A DNA stretch of 58,420 nt from the NCBI GenBank assembly GCA_044223135.1, contig JBGAMH010000002.1, forward strand, positions 1 through 58,420, written 5' to 3'. Below the pieces are notes generated by a model. It had not been told where the DNA came from, made no database searches, and saw nothing but the letters and a program-made list of their open reading frames with translations. Below, one piece after another: positions 18,590 through 27,283 of the stretch (positions are counted from its first letter, which is position 1; each line of letters starts with the position of its first letter). The DNA comes from Candidatus Eiseniibacteriota bacterium (lineage in GTDB: Bacteria > Eisenbacteria > RBG-16-71-46). The position numbers were made by a program, and so were the translations under genes.

Positions 18590-20055
18590 TGCAGGCTCAC
18601 CAGCACGAGCACGAGACCCGTGCCCGAGTCGAGCGCCGTCATCGCCTTGCCGAGCACGGCGCCGTGTGCGCGCTCGCGGTCGGCCGCCTTCATCGCGTGG
18701 CCCGCACGCGCCGACGTCGTGAGCAGGTCGCCCACGCCGATGGGCGTCTCGCTCGCGTCGCACTTCACCCACACGCGGCCCGTGAGCGCGACCGCGGCCG
18801 TCCCTTCGACACGAGCGTCCTTGCTCAGCACGATGCCGGCGTCCAGCGCGTTCGCCCCGCTGACCACGCCCGCCACGCGGTGCGAATACGCCTCGTCGGC
18901 CGGTTCGAGCCGGCCCGGCTGCGCCGGATCGATCGCCAGCACGGTGCCCGGCTCCGGCGCGCCGGCCACGTCGAAGCGCTCGGCCAGGTCGGCGCCGCCC
19001 ATGATCTGCAGGGACTTCACCTTGGCCAGCCCGTTCGCCTCGATCGCGACGCCCCCGGTGGGCGCGTTGAAGCGCGCCGCCGGCTTCAGCGCGGTCGGCG
19101 AGAACCCGTACACACCCTCGTTCGGCGTGCCGAGCATGCCGTACGTGCCGGCCGACGTGCAGTCGCCCGACACGCCGATCGCGCTCGCGCTCCAGCCCGA
19201 AACCGCCCGGCCGTCGGTGGACGACGAGTAGATGCCGTCGGACACGCCGCCGAAGAGCCCGCCGCCGGTCTGCCCCGACACGTAGAGGGCCGCATGCGTG
19301 CCGGGCGTCAGCGTGGAGCCCACCGACACGAAGCGCCCCGCGGGCGCGAGGTTGGCGTACACGTCGAGCGAGTAGCCCGGGTTCAGCGTGCCGATCCCCC
19401 AGCGGCCCGCGATGTAGTGACGGGTGCTGCCGCCGTCGTAGAAGCCGTAGCCGTTCGCCGCGAAGTTGCGCACGGCGAGCGCGGCGTAGTTGGTGTTGTT
19501 GTTGGTGACCACGAGCGGGTTGCTGTTGGCCGTGCCCGTGTCGACCCACAGCTTGCGATCCACGCCCGGAGGCGTGCCCACGCCCACGTTGCCCGCCGAG
19601 TACTCGATGCCGTTCGCCACGTCGAGCCACTGGCCGCCGCCACCGCCCGCCGGGCCGTTCAACGCGTACAACGCGTAGGGCGCGGCCGTGAGCGACTGAC
19701 GCGGCGCGAGCGTCGTGAAGTCGCCGTCGCCGGGCGTCATCACCAGGGTCTCCATCCACAGCGCGGTGCCGTCGAACACGGCGCCGAAATCCAGTTCGAC
19801 GGTGAAGTAGCCGTCGGTCACGTTGACGCCGGCCACGCTCACGTCGCCGCCCACCTGCGCGCCGGCCGCGACGTCGTCGTGCAGGCGGAACACGAAGTCG
19901 GCCGTGCCGGTGTACGACGTTCCGTTCATCTGCAGGCGGCCCTGGTAGGTGAAGGCGGTGCCCACGGGGGCGGTGCGCGCGGCCGCGGGCAGCAGGACCG
20001 CGAGCGCGCACACGGCGAGTGCGACGGCGAGAAGGCGGCGAATCGGATTCGTCAT
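18586..20055 (-). CDS. Secreted fibre/beta-helix-like protein of unknown function
   Basis: Internal ATG at 20055 preceded by GGGAG. Signal MTNPIRRLLAVALAVCALAVLLPAAA. N-terminal FTYQGRLQMNG...ADFVFRL and GNVGVGTPPGVDRKLWV recall tail-fibre-like surface proteins. The middle is Gly/Ser/Thr/Asn-rich. The C-terminal domain contains GDLLTTSARAGHAMKA. Confidence 0.7.
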   Translation of the reverse strand: MTNPIRRLLAVALAVCALAVLLPAAARTAPVGTAFTYQGRLQMNGTSYTGTADFVFRLHDDVAAGAQVGGDVSVAGVNVTDGYFTVELDFGAVFDGTALWMETLVMTPGDGDFTTLAPRQSLTAAPYALYALNGPAGGGGGQWLDVANGIEYSAGNVGVGTPPGVDRKLWVDTGTANSNPLVVTNNNTNYAALAVRNFAANGYGFYDGGSTRHYIAGRWGIGTLNPGYSLDVYANLAPAGRFVSVGSTLTPGTHAALYVSGQTGGGLFGGVSDGIYSSSTDGRAVSGWSASAIGVSGDCTSAGTYGMLGTPNEGVYGFSPTALKPAARFNAPTGGVAIEANGLAKVKSLQIMGGADLAERFDVAGAPEPGTVLAIDPAQPGRLEPADEAYSHRVAGVVSGANALDAGIVLSKDARVEGTAAVALTGRVWVKCDASETPIGVGDLLTTSARAGHAMKAADRERAHGAVLGKAMTALDSGTGLVLVLVSLQ

Positions 20056-20086
20056 CGGAGACTCCCGAGGTGAGTGTGGGATCGGA

Positions 20087-20641
20087 TCAGTGGATGCGGA
20101 CGAGCCGGAGCGTGCGGGCGTGCTCGCCGGCGTGGACGCGCGCGAAGTAGACGCCCGGCGGCGCGGTGCGGCCGTCGGCCGCAGCGCCGTCCCAGGCCAC
20201 GGTGTGGCGGCCGGCGCCGCGCTCGCCGTCGAGCAGCGTGCGCACGAGCCGGCCGTCGACGCCGTAGATCGCCACGCGCGTGCGGCGCGGCGCGGGCAGG
20301 TCGAGCTGGAACGCGGTGCCGGCGCTGAATGGGTTCGAGCCGTGCATGCGCACCGCGAACACCTTCGGCAGCGGATCGAGCGCCGGCGAGCCCACGAGCG
20401 TCGCCGGGTCGCGCACCCAGAAGCCACCGTCGAGCAGGTAGGCGCCGCCCACGAGCCGGCCGGCGTCGTGCTGGCCGGTGGCGCCGCCGAGCGCGTAGGC
20501 CCCGCCGGTGGCGAACGTCTGCCCGCCGCCCGTGAGCGAGTTCCACTCGAGGTTGTAGGCGCCACCCGACTGGGCACCTGCACTGCCGGCGGAAAGCACG
20601 GTGCAGAGCGCCAGGGCACTGGCGAGGAGCGTAGGTCTCAT
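20087..20641 (-). CDS. Small secreted protein with C-terminal FlgD-Ig/T9SS-like sorting domain
   Basis: 184-aa ORF. Signal MRPTLLASALALCTVLSAGSAGA. C-terminus reads VAIYGVDGRLVRTL...GVYFARV...LVRIH. Confidence 0.75.
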   Translation of the reverse strand: MRPTLLASALALCTVLSAGSAGAQSGGAYNLEWNSLTGGGQTFATGGAYALGGATGQHDAGRLVGGAYLLDGGFWVRDPATLVGSPALDPLPKVFAVRMHGSNPFSAGTAFQLDLPAPRRTRVAIYGVDGRLVRTLLDGERGAGRHTVAWDGAAADGRTAPPGVYFARVHAGEHARTLRLVRIH

Positions 20642-20730
20642 GACGGGTCTCCGAGGGCCGAGGTGATCGGGGGTCGGAGGCTTCGCCTCCCGACTCCCAA
20701 TCCCACCCCGGCGCCGGAGTGCACGCGGTG

Positions 20731-20753
20731 GGTTGTGCCCGGAAGATTGGTGA
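20731..20753. repeat. IS terminal inverted repeat (transposase 3' side)
   Basis: GGTTGTGCCCGGAAGATTGGTGA. It matches the inverted copy at 21929-21951, and its first 19 nt match 58200-58218 (18/19). Confidence 0.75.
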
Positions 20754-20801
20754 GGGGTTTGGGCGATGGCGGGCTGCTGCCGCCATCGCGCACGGGGCGC
20801 T

Positions 20802-21899
20802 TCAGGCGGCGTAGGTGAGTCGGTGCGATCGGCCGCTGGGGATCTCGCGAGTGTGAAGTTGCCCCCAGTAGTGGCGGCTCCATTCGGGCGGGAGCGTCGT
20901 GCGTGTCACGAACAGCCGCTGGTCGAGCACGTCGGCCACGTCCAGCTTGCGGTCCAGCAACCCCAACCGCATCGCCGGCGTGTCCGCGTGCCGGCGTTCC
21001 GACACCCACTTCATCGTGTTGCGCCACAACAGGAAGCACCAGCTCCGATACGCGGCGCCCTGCCGGCGCTTGGCGAACGCGATCGTCTCGCGCTTGCAGC
21101 CCGCGCTGCTGTGCCGCTTGAGACCGTCGACCAGGTTGATCGCGAACAGCGGATTGCTCGTGGTGCGCGCCGCCCGCGAGCTGATCGTCAGGTGGCGCAC
21201 CTCCAGGTGTGGCACCCGGGCGATCGCCCGCGGGTAGTCCTGGTGCTCGTCCGAGGCGAGGTCCAGGGCCTGGGGCTCGGGGCAGGCGATGCGCAGGAGC
21301 GCGGCGACGTCCTTCTCGGTACCGCGCGGGTCGGGGCGCCCCAGGCGCGCTTCGAGTTCGGCCCGTCGCCGCCGTTGTGCCGCGGTCATCCGCCCGCTGC
21401 GGCGTTGCTCGGTGACCGTGAACCCGTAGAAGAAGTGGCTCTTCCTCCCTACCAGGTGGTGGTCGCTGGTCGGGTGGTACTGGCTGTACTCGAAGGACAC
21501 GAAGCCATCCAGCGCCACCGGCTCGGTGATCGGGCCGCCGGGCCGCAGCCGGACGTGGAACAGCAGGCAGTGGCGGCCGAGCCGGTTGGCGTGCCCGAGC
21601 ACGGTCTGCGGCGAGGCCCGCAGCGAGCGCGCCAGCTGCCGCAGGCACGAGCAGGCGACGAGCCCCCGGTAGACCGGTTCGAGCAGCTCGGGCCGCTTGA
21701 GCCAGTACGAGCAGCGGAAGGTCTGCTCACCGAAGCGTCGCCGGCAGTGACAGCAGCGGTAACGCTGGATCCGGTGCGGGGCGGCGAGTCGCGTGTACCA
21801 GCCGTCGCGCTGCCAGCGCCAACCCGTGGGATCGACGTGGTAGGGACAGGCCGGATTGGGACAGAACGGGGGCGCCGGAGGGGCAGGCGCAGTCGTCAT
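20802..21899 (-). CDS. IS1-like transposase (zinc-ribbon N-terminus plus DDE-type core)
   Basis: 365-aa ORF. N-terminal Cys cluster CPNPACPYH...RYRCCHCRRRF, then an HTH-like segment and a D..D-containing core (ALDGF, ASDEH). A diverged paralogue is present at the right window edge. The family call rests on architecture and IR ends only. Confidence 0.6.
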   Translation of the reverse strand: MTTAPAPPAPPFCPNPACPYHVDPTGWRWQRDGWYTRLAAPHRIQRYRCCHCRRRFGEQTFRCSYWLKRPELLEPVYRGLVACSCLRQLARSLRASPQTVLGHANRLGRHCLLFHVRLRPGGPITEPVALDGFVSFEYSQYHPTSDHHLVGRKSHFFYGFTVTEQRRSGRMTAAQRRRRAELEARLGRPDPRGTEKDVAALLRIACPEPQALDLASDEHQDYPRAIARVPHLEVRHLTISSRAARTTSNPLFAINLVDGLKRHSSAGCKRETIAFAKRRQGAAYRSWCFLLWRNTMKWVSERRHADTPAMRLGLLDRKLDVADVLDQRLFVTRTTLPPEWSRHYWGQLHTREIPSGRSHRLTYAA

Positions 21900-21928
21900 G
21901 CCGGCCGCTCATCGCAAGCACCTCGCCA

Positions 21929-21951
21929 TCACCATTCTTCCGAGCACAACC
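21929..21951. repeat. IS terminal inverted repeat (transposase 5' side)
   Basis: TCACCATTCTTCCGAGCACAACC. Its last base is the first base of the CTA (reverse TAG) stop of the adjacent outer-membrane gene. Confidence 0.75.
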
Positions 21952-23264
21952 TACAGGAACCCCAGCGTGTTCTCCAGCCGCTGGTTCACCACGCTGTCGA
22001 AGATCGAGCCGAAGCGGTAGGTGATGCCGAGCGAGGCGTAGTACTCGTACGAGGTCGCGAGCTGGCGCTGGCGGGCGAGCACCTGGCTGTCGCTCGCGTC
22101 GCCGCGAGGAAGCGAGAGCTGGTCGTGGATGGCCGTGAGGTACGCATAGCCCTCGATCGACAGGCCGCGTACCAGCCGCAGGTCGGCGTTCGTGGACAGG
22201 CTCGCGCGGTACTTGCTGGTGTCGTGCAGGTACTGGCTCCCCGACACGCCGAAGTTCAGCGTGCCCCACGTCTGCTTCTGCGCCAGCGTCACGTCCATCG
22301 CGTGCGACATCAGCGTCTCGGCCGTCTTGCCGTACAGCGTGACGGCTTCGTACTTCGCTCGGGAGACACGCACCTGGTAGCCCAGCGTGAGCGCGCGCCG
22401 CGACGACTCGGCGTACGGCCACACGTCGTACTCCACAGCCGGGCCGCCTCCCATGCTCAGGTGCATGTTGGTGTAACTCGAGGAGTAGACGACCCACGAC
22501 GCGCCCGCCGACCAGCGCGGGTGCAGGCTGCGCACCCACTGCCCGTTGCTGGTCCAACCGCGCGTGAGACTGGTGTAGCCCGAGCCGTCGTCGAACGTGT
22601 AGCGGCTCTCGGAGTAGCGCTGGCTGAGGCCGAGCGCCAGTTTCTCGCGATCGGTGACGCGCGACGCGGTGACGGAGCTGTAGAGCGACAGGAAGTGATA
22701 CGACTTCTCCCCGTTCGCGTAGGCATTCGTGCCGAGCTTGTAGACCCAGTGATTCCACGGATCGCGAGTCGGGACCGCCGGCGCGGCCGCCTCGGAAGGT
22801 GGCGCCATCGTCACGCGAAGCCGCTCGCCCTCGGGGCGCACCGCCAGGTCGCGCGCGAGCGCCGCGGCCAGCGTGCGCACCACGAGCCGGCGACCCACGT
22901 CGGGCGAGGCCGCGGGCGGCGAGATCACGCGCAGCGTGTCGGCCGCGGGGCCCGCGCCGGGTGCGCGCATCACGTACAGCGTCGCCTCGGTGCCGCCGCC
23001 GGTCGTGGCGCGCGTCGCCACCAGCACCGTCACGTCGGCGTCGGCGCGGTCGCGCACCCAGTCCACCCACGCCAGCTCGCGCTTGAAGAAGTCGAAGTCG
23101 CAGAAATCCGAATCGCAGTCCAGGTACAACCGGAGCGGCCGGCCGTTCGTGGGTTCGAAGGGGACCCCGGCGCGGGCGGCGGGAACGGAGGCGCTCGCGA
23201 GCGCGGCGGCGGTCAGTGCCGCGCCGGCGGCGAAGCGCGCGAGCTTCCGAAGGATGGCGGCCAT
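21951..23264 (-). CDS. Outer-membrane beta-barrel protein (unknown family)
   Basis: Internal ATG at 23264 preceded by GAGGAG. Signal MAAILRKLARFAAGAALTAAALASASVPAARA. The C-terminal two thirds are rich in alternating Y/S/T/G beta-strand patterns and end in ...NTLGFL. Confidence 0.65.
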   Translation of the reverse strand: MAAILRKLARFAAGAALTAAALASASVPAARAGVPFEPTNGRPLRLYLDCDSDFCDFDFFKRELAWVDWVRDRADADVTVLVATRATTGGGTEATLYVMRAPGAGPAADTLRVISPPAASPDVGRRLVVRTLAAALARDLAVRPEGERLRVTMAPPSEAAAPAVPTRDPWNHWVYKLGTNAYANGEKSYHFLSLYSSVTASRVTDREKLALGLSQRYSESRYTFDDGSGYTSLTRGWTSNGQWVRSLHPRWSAGASWVVYSSSYTNMHLSMGGGPAVEYDVWPYAESSRRALTLGYQVRVSRAKYEAVTLYGKTAETLMSHAMDVTLAQKQTWGTLNFGVSGSQYLHDTSKYRASLSTNADLRLVRGLSIEGYAYLTAIHDQLSLPRGDASDSQVLARQRQLATSYEYYASLGITYRFGSIFDSVVNQRLENTLGFL

Positions 23265-23512
23265 CGGGTTCTCCTCGGACGAGTGCGACCGGCTCGGGGG
23301 AAGAACGGGAAGGCAGCACTCTACCCGCGGGCACGCCCGCCGCATGTCTGGAAATGTTGAGGACCTCGCCAAGCCCGGGACAGCCGCTCCACACTTTGCG
23401 CTCACGGGACGGCGCGCGGCCGGGCTACTTTCCCCCGATCCGCGCTCCGGCGCGGAGGCCACGAGCCGCGCCCGGAGGCGTCCGGGCGGGCGTGATCCCG
23501 GAGGAGCCCCGC

Positions 23513-24985
23513 ATGACGAGCCGCCCGGACGACAGCACGATCCAGCACGCCGACGGTCGCGTGGAACTGCGCGACCGCACCACGATCCAGGACAGCCCGC
23601 TCTACAACGAAGACCTCGCCCCGGTGCCCGTGTCGCGGCGCAACTGGAGCACGTACAACTTCGCGGCGCTGTGGATCTCGATGGCGCACTGCATCCCCAC
23701 CTACATGCTGGCCTCGGGGCTCATGGCGCAGGGCATGACGTGGCTGCAGGCGCTGATCACGATCCTGCTGGGCAACACGATCGTGCTCGTGCCGATCCTG
23801 CTGAACTCCCACCCGGGCACGCGCTACGGCATCCCGTTCCCGGTGTTCGCGCGCGCCGCGTACGGCACCGCGGGCTCCAACCTGCCGGCGCTGATGCGCG
23901 CGATCGTGGCGTGCGGCTGGTTCGGCATCCAGGCGTGGATCGGCGGCGAGGCGCTGCAGACGTTCTTCGCGGCGCTCATCCCGGGCTGGAAACTGCTGCT
24001 GGGGTCGGGGTTCATGGGTCACACCACCACCGAGTGGCTGTCGTTCCTGGTCTTCTGGGGCATCAACATCGGCATCATCTACAAGGGCATGAACCTGCTG
24101 CGCGTGGTGGAGAACCTGTCGGCGCCGTACGTGCTGGTGGTGACGGGCCTGCTGCTGGTGTGGGCGGTCAAGGCGGCGAACGGCTTCGGTCCGCTGCTGT
24201 CGCAGCCGGGCAAGTTCCACACGCTGGCCGAGTTCCTGCCGGTGTTCATCCCGTCGCTCACGGCGATGGTCGGCTTCTGGGCCACGCTGTCGCTGAACAT
24301 GCCCGACTTCACGCGGTACGGCCGGAGCCAGAAGGAGCAGGTGCTCGGTCAGACGGTGGCGCTGCCCACCACGATGTTCCTGTTCGCGGCCATGGGGGTG
24401 CTCATCACCAGCGCCAGCGCGATCCTGTACGGCGAGCCCATCTGGGACCCGGTGAAGCTCGTGGGCAAGTTCGACAACGCGTGGGTCGTGGGCTTCTCGA
24501 TGTTCTCGGTGGTGGTGGCCACGCTCGCCGTGAACATCGCGGCCAACGTGGTGTCGCCGGCGAACGACTTCGCCAACATGTTCCCGCGCCACATCAGCTT
24601 CAAGACCGGTGGGCTCATCACGGGGCTGCTCGGCATCCTCATGCAGCCGTGGCGGCTGCTCGCCGATCCGAGCGGCTACATCTTCACCTGGCTCGTGGGC
24701 TACTCGGGCGGCCTGGGCAGCATCGCCGGCGTGCTGATCGCCGACTACTGGATCGTGCGCAAGCGCCAGCTCAACCTGCGCGACCTCTACCTGCCGGGCG
24801 GCGAGTACGGCGGCTGGAGCGCGCCGGCCGTGGTGGCCACGCTCGTGGGCTGCGCGCTCGCGTGGGTGGGCGCGTTCGTGCCCGCGCTCAAGGTGCTCTA
24901 CGACTTCGCGTGGTTCGTGGGCTTCCTGGCGGCGATGGCGATCTACGTGGCGATGAAGCGCGGGGGGACGCCGGCCCACCCCTGA
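23513..24985 (+). CDS. NCS1-family nucleobase:cation symporter (uracil/cytosine/allantoin permease type)
   Basis: Internal ATG at 23513 preceded by GGAGGAG. Motifs LYNEDLAPVPVSRRNWSTYNFAALWISMAHCIPTY and GTRYGIPFPVFARAAYG are typical of NCS1. About 12 TM segments. Confidence 0.85.
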   Translation: MTSRPDDSTIQHADGRVELRDRTTIQDSPLYNEDLAPVPVSRRNWSTYNFAALWISMAHCIPTYMLASGLMAQGMTWLQALITILLGNTIVLVPILLNSHPGTRYGIPFPVFARAAYGTAGSNLPALMRAIVACGWFGIQAWIGGEALQTFFAALIPGWKLLLGSGFMGHTTTEWLSFLVFWGINIGIIYKGMNLLRVVENLSAPYVLVVTGLLLVWAVKAANGFGPLLSQPGKFHTLAEFLPVFIPSLTAMVGFWATLSLNMPDFTRYGRSQKEQVLGQTVALPTTMFLFAAMGVLITSASAILYGEPIWDPVKLVGKFDNAWVVGFSMFSVVVATLAVNIAANVVSPANDFANMFPRHISFKTGGLITGLLGILMQPWRLLADPSGYIFTWLVGYSGGLGSIAGVLIADYWIVRKRQLNLRDLYLPGGEYGGWSAPAVVATLVGCALAWVGAFVPALKVLYDFAWFVGFLAAMAIYVAMKRGGTPAHP

Positions 24986-25007
24986 GCCGGCGTCCCCCCG
25001 CCCGAAC

Positions 25008-25343
25008 TCACCGCGGCGGGCGGCGCGGCTTCAGCGGCGGACGGCGATGCGACGAGTCCGGACGCGCGTCGTGCCGAAGCGTGTCACGGGCCACCGAATC
25101 ACGGCCCACCGAGTCCCGGCGGACCGAGTCACGTCCCATCGAGTCGCGCCCGACCGAATCGCGCCACGACGTGTCGCGGGGCCACGGGTGGCGTGGCATG
25201 GAGTCGAGCGACGGCGGGATGCCGGCCAGTCGCCGGGCGGCTGGCGCCGCCGCAGGCGCAGCCGACACGTGAACGGCCACCACGCCGGCCAGCAGTGCAG
25301 CGACGCACGCGTGGCCAACGACGGTGCGGATGCTTCGAATCAT
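25008..25343 (-). CDS. Small secreted protein with Arg/Asp/Ser pentapeptide tandem repeats
   Basis: ATG at 25343, 4 nt after GAGGAGG. Signal MIRSIRTVVGHACVAALLAGVVAVHVSAAPA. Then WRDSVGRDSMGRDSVRRDSVGRDSVARDTLRHD. It lies 9 nt downstream of the dehydrogenase gene. Confidence 0.6.
   Translation of the reverse strand: MIRSIRTVVGHACVAALLAGVVAVHVSAAPAAAPAARRLAGIPPSLDSMPRHPWPRDTSWRDSVGRDSMGRDSVRRDSVGRDSVARDTLRHDARPDSSHRRPPLKPRRPPR
25083..25187. repeat. Seven imperfect 15-bp tandem repeats (GTCNCGNCCNACCGA on the + strand)
   Basis: Read directly: gtcacgggccaccga / atcacggcccaccga / gtcccggcggaccga / gtcacgtcccatcga / gtcgcgcccgaccga / atcgcgccacgacgt / gtcgcggggccacgg. They encode the RDSxG units of the 25008..25343 protein. 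Confidence 0.8.
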
Positions 25344-25352
25344 GATGCCTCC

Positions 25353-26924
25353 TCAAGGGATACGCGAGAATCTCGCGGTGCGGATTTCGTCACCGACTTC
25401 GAGCCGGACGAAGTAGAGCCCGGGGTTCACACTGCGGCCGGCCTCGTCGTGGCCGTTCCATGTGGCTTCGTGCGAGCCGGCGGTACGCTCATCGTCGGCG
25501 ACCAGTGCGCGCACGCGGCGGCCGGCGGCATCGAAGACCGCGAGCGACACGCGCGCCGGCGCTGGCTGCGTCCACGCGAGAGTCACGGGGCCGCGGGCCG
25601 GGCTCGGCCGCGGCGCGGCCAGGGCGAGCAGGGTCCCGGCGATGGGCGCATCGGCGACACCCGAGTTGTAGGAGATGCGCCGGATCTCGCCGGGCGACTG
25701 CCGGCAGTACACGAGCGAGCCGTCGGCCAGCTGCAGCATGTCGGAGACGCCGTCGAAGCCCGTGGCCCAGTCGGTCGCGTTCGGCTGGCCGGGCGCCGCG
25801 GGCGGCGCGACCCAGGACGCACCGTTCCATTCCACGCGACGCAGGAAGCCGCCGTAGTAGTCCAGGTAGAAGCCGTCGCCGTCGTACTCCGCCGGGAAAC
25901 GCGACGTGCCGACCGCGACCGCGCGGTAGCGCGGACCGGCCACGATCGCCACGCCCTCCGCGTGTCCGTACGAACGAATGGGCCCGGTCGCGCCACGAGG
26001 TGGTGTCAGAGCGCAGGTGCCATGCGAAACCGGGCCCTCGAACATCGGCCAGCCGAGGTTCATGCCGGCCTGGTCGATCCAGTCGAGTTCTTCCCACGTC
26101 CCTTCGCCGACGTCGCCCACGAGCAGCGATCCAGTCGCGGGGTCGATCTGGAAACGGAAGGGATTGCGCAGGCCGTAGGCCCACACGAGCCGCGCACTCG
26201 AGTCGGCGCTCGTCGCGAACGGGTTGCCGGCCGCCGCCAGCAGGGCGTACGGCGCGGGTCCGCCCGCGGTGGCGGGCAGGCGGCGCGTGTCGAGCCGCAG
26301 GATCTTGCCCACGGGCACGTTCGGATCGAGCGCCGGGCAGCCCGTGGCGTCGTCGCCGAGGCTCACGTACAGCAGCCCGTCGGGCCCGAAGCGCACGGTG
26401 CCGCCGTTGTGGTTGCCGGCGGCATCGGGCAGATCGGTGATCAGGTCGTAACGCGACGACGCGGCGAACTGGATCTGCCCGTTGCCCGTGTAGGCGAGAT
26501 CACCGGTCGCGGTGAAGCGGGAGATCGCGATGCGGTTGCCCACGCGGCCGTCGGTGCAGTGCACGTACAGGTAGGGTCGCAGCGGCCACGCCGGGTCGAC
26601 GGCGATGCCGAGCAGTCCACGTTCGCTGTCGGCCGTCACCACGCCGGGCACGGTGCCCACGGTGGTCGTGACGCCACCCGCGATCAGCCCGACGCGCGTG
26701 GACTTCTGCTCGACGAACAGCACGCGTCGTCCGAGCGCGGTCGGCAGATCGGGGATTTCGGCGATCCCCACCGGCAGCGCGAGGGAGGTCGAGAGCGCGG
26801 TGTCGGAGAAGCCGGAAGGGATCGTCGCGGCGCCGCCCCGGGCGAGCGCGGTGAACACGAGCGTGCCGGCGGTGGCGGCAACCAGGCCAGCGAATGCGGA
26901 TCGAATGGTATTCCGTCGGAACAT
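25353..26924 (-). CDS. PQQ-dependent sugar (glucose/sorbosone) dehydrogenase-like beta-propeller with C-terminal FlgD-Ig/T9SS-like domain
   Basis: Internal ATG at 26924. Signal MFRRNTIRSAFAGLVAATAGTLVFTALA. Motifs GLLGIAVDP, HNGGTVRFGPDGLLYVSLGD, YGLRNPFRF and GMNLGWP. C-terminus reads LAVFDAAGRRVRAL...GLYFVRL...FSRIP. Confidence 0.85.
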   Translation of the reverse strand: MFRRNTIRSAFAGLVAATAGTLVFTALARGGAATIPSGFSDTALSTSLALPVGIAEIPDLPTALGRRVLFVEQKSTRVGLIAGGVTTTVGTVPGVVTADSERGLLGIAVDPAWPLRPYLYVHCTDGRVGNRIAISRFTATGDLAYTGNGQIQFAASSRYDLITDLPDAAGNHNGGTVRFGPDGLLYVSLGDDATGCPALDPNVPVGKILRLDTRRLPATAGGPAPYALLAAAGNPFATSADSSARLVWAYGLRNPFRFQIDPATGSLLVGDVGEGTWEELDWIDQAGMNLGWPMFEGPVSHGTCALTPPRGATGPIRSYGHAEGVAIVAGPRYRAVAVGTSRFPAEYDGDGFYLDYYGGFLRRVEWNGASWVAPPAAPGQPNATDWATGFDGVSDMLQLADGSLVYCRQSPGEIRRISYNSGVADAPIAGTLLALAAPRPSPARGPVTLAWTQPAPARVSLAVFDAAGRRVRALVADDERTAGSHEATWNGHDEAGRSVNPGLYFVRLEVGDEIRTARFSRIP

Positions 26925-26985
26925 GGATCGGCCCCCAGGTGGTGCGACGAGCGTTGCCTCGATCGGTGCGGTCCACACCCCACTC

Positions 26986-27001
26986 CGCAAGAGCCGCGCC
27001 G
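26986..27001 (-). promoter_or_regulatory. Candidate sigma54 (-24/-12) promoter for the dehydrogenase/RDSxG operon
   Basis: Reverse strand reads CGGCGCGGCTCTTGCG (GG-N10-GC, 9/11 to TGGCACG-N4-TTGC). The -12 element lies ~60 nt upstream of the ATG at 26924. Confidence 0.4.
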
Positions 27002-27283
27002 CCGACGCCGTCCCACTGTCGCGAACCTCGATCACCTCTCGCGCGGGGGCCGAAACGTGGACCTGCCTGTACGTTGGAGCGGGCGCGGCGCGAGCGCTGC
27101 CCGCGCGGGCAGCGGGTGCTGCGCTCGAGGACCTCACGGGGCCCTGACGATCGGCTCCGCGCGGTGGGAGGTTTCTTCAACGTGCCTTGTAGCTCCTTCA
27201 CGCGCAGGCCGGTCCGGCGGGCGCGGCGCGCCGAGACCACGCTTTGGCGTGGGATCGCGGGTGCACACGACTCGCGGGCCCCG

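Larger units (their letters stand above)
20731..21951 (-). mobile_element. Complete IS1-like insertion sequence (1221 bp, single transposase ORF, 23-bp imperfect terminal inverted repeats)
   Basis: IR at 20731-20753 is GGTTGTGCCCGGAAGATTGGTGA. The reverse complement of 21929-21951 is GGTTGTGCTCGGAAGAATGGTGA (21/23 identical). The ends fit the GGnnnTG pattern I recall for IS1-family termini. The repeats enclose one 365-aa ORF. Confidence 0.75.

Noticed and set aside
17222-20011. Long fused ORFs 17222..20011, 37486..40431, 49220..53992, 40435..43311, 13169..15799 and 10415..13087 taken at face value
   Set aside because: In each case the upstream extension is stop-free read-through with junk composition. 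Real starts were placed at internal ATG or GTG codons with SD motifs and signal peptides. ORF 10415..13087 (and 15280..17157, 23402..24979, 881..2728) are pure antisense artefacts.
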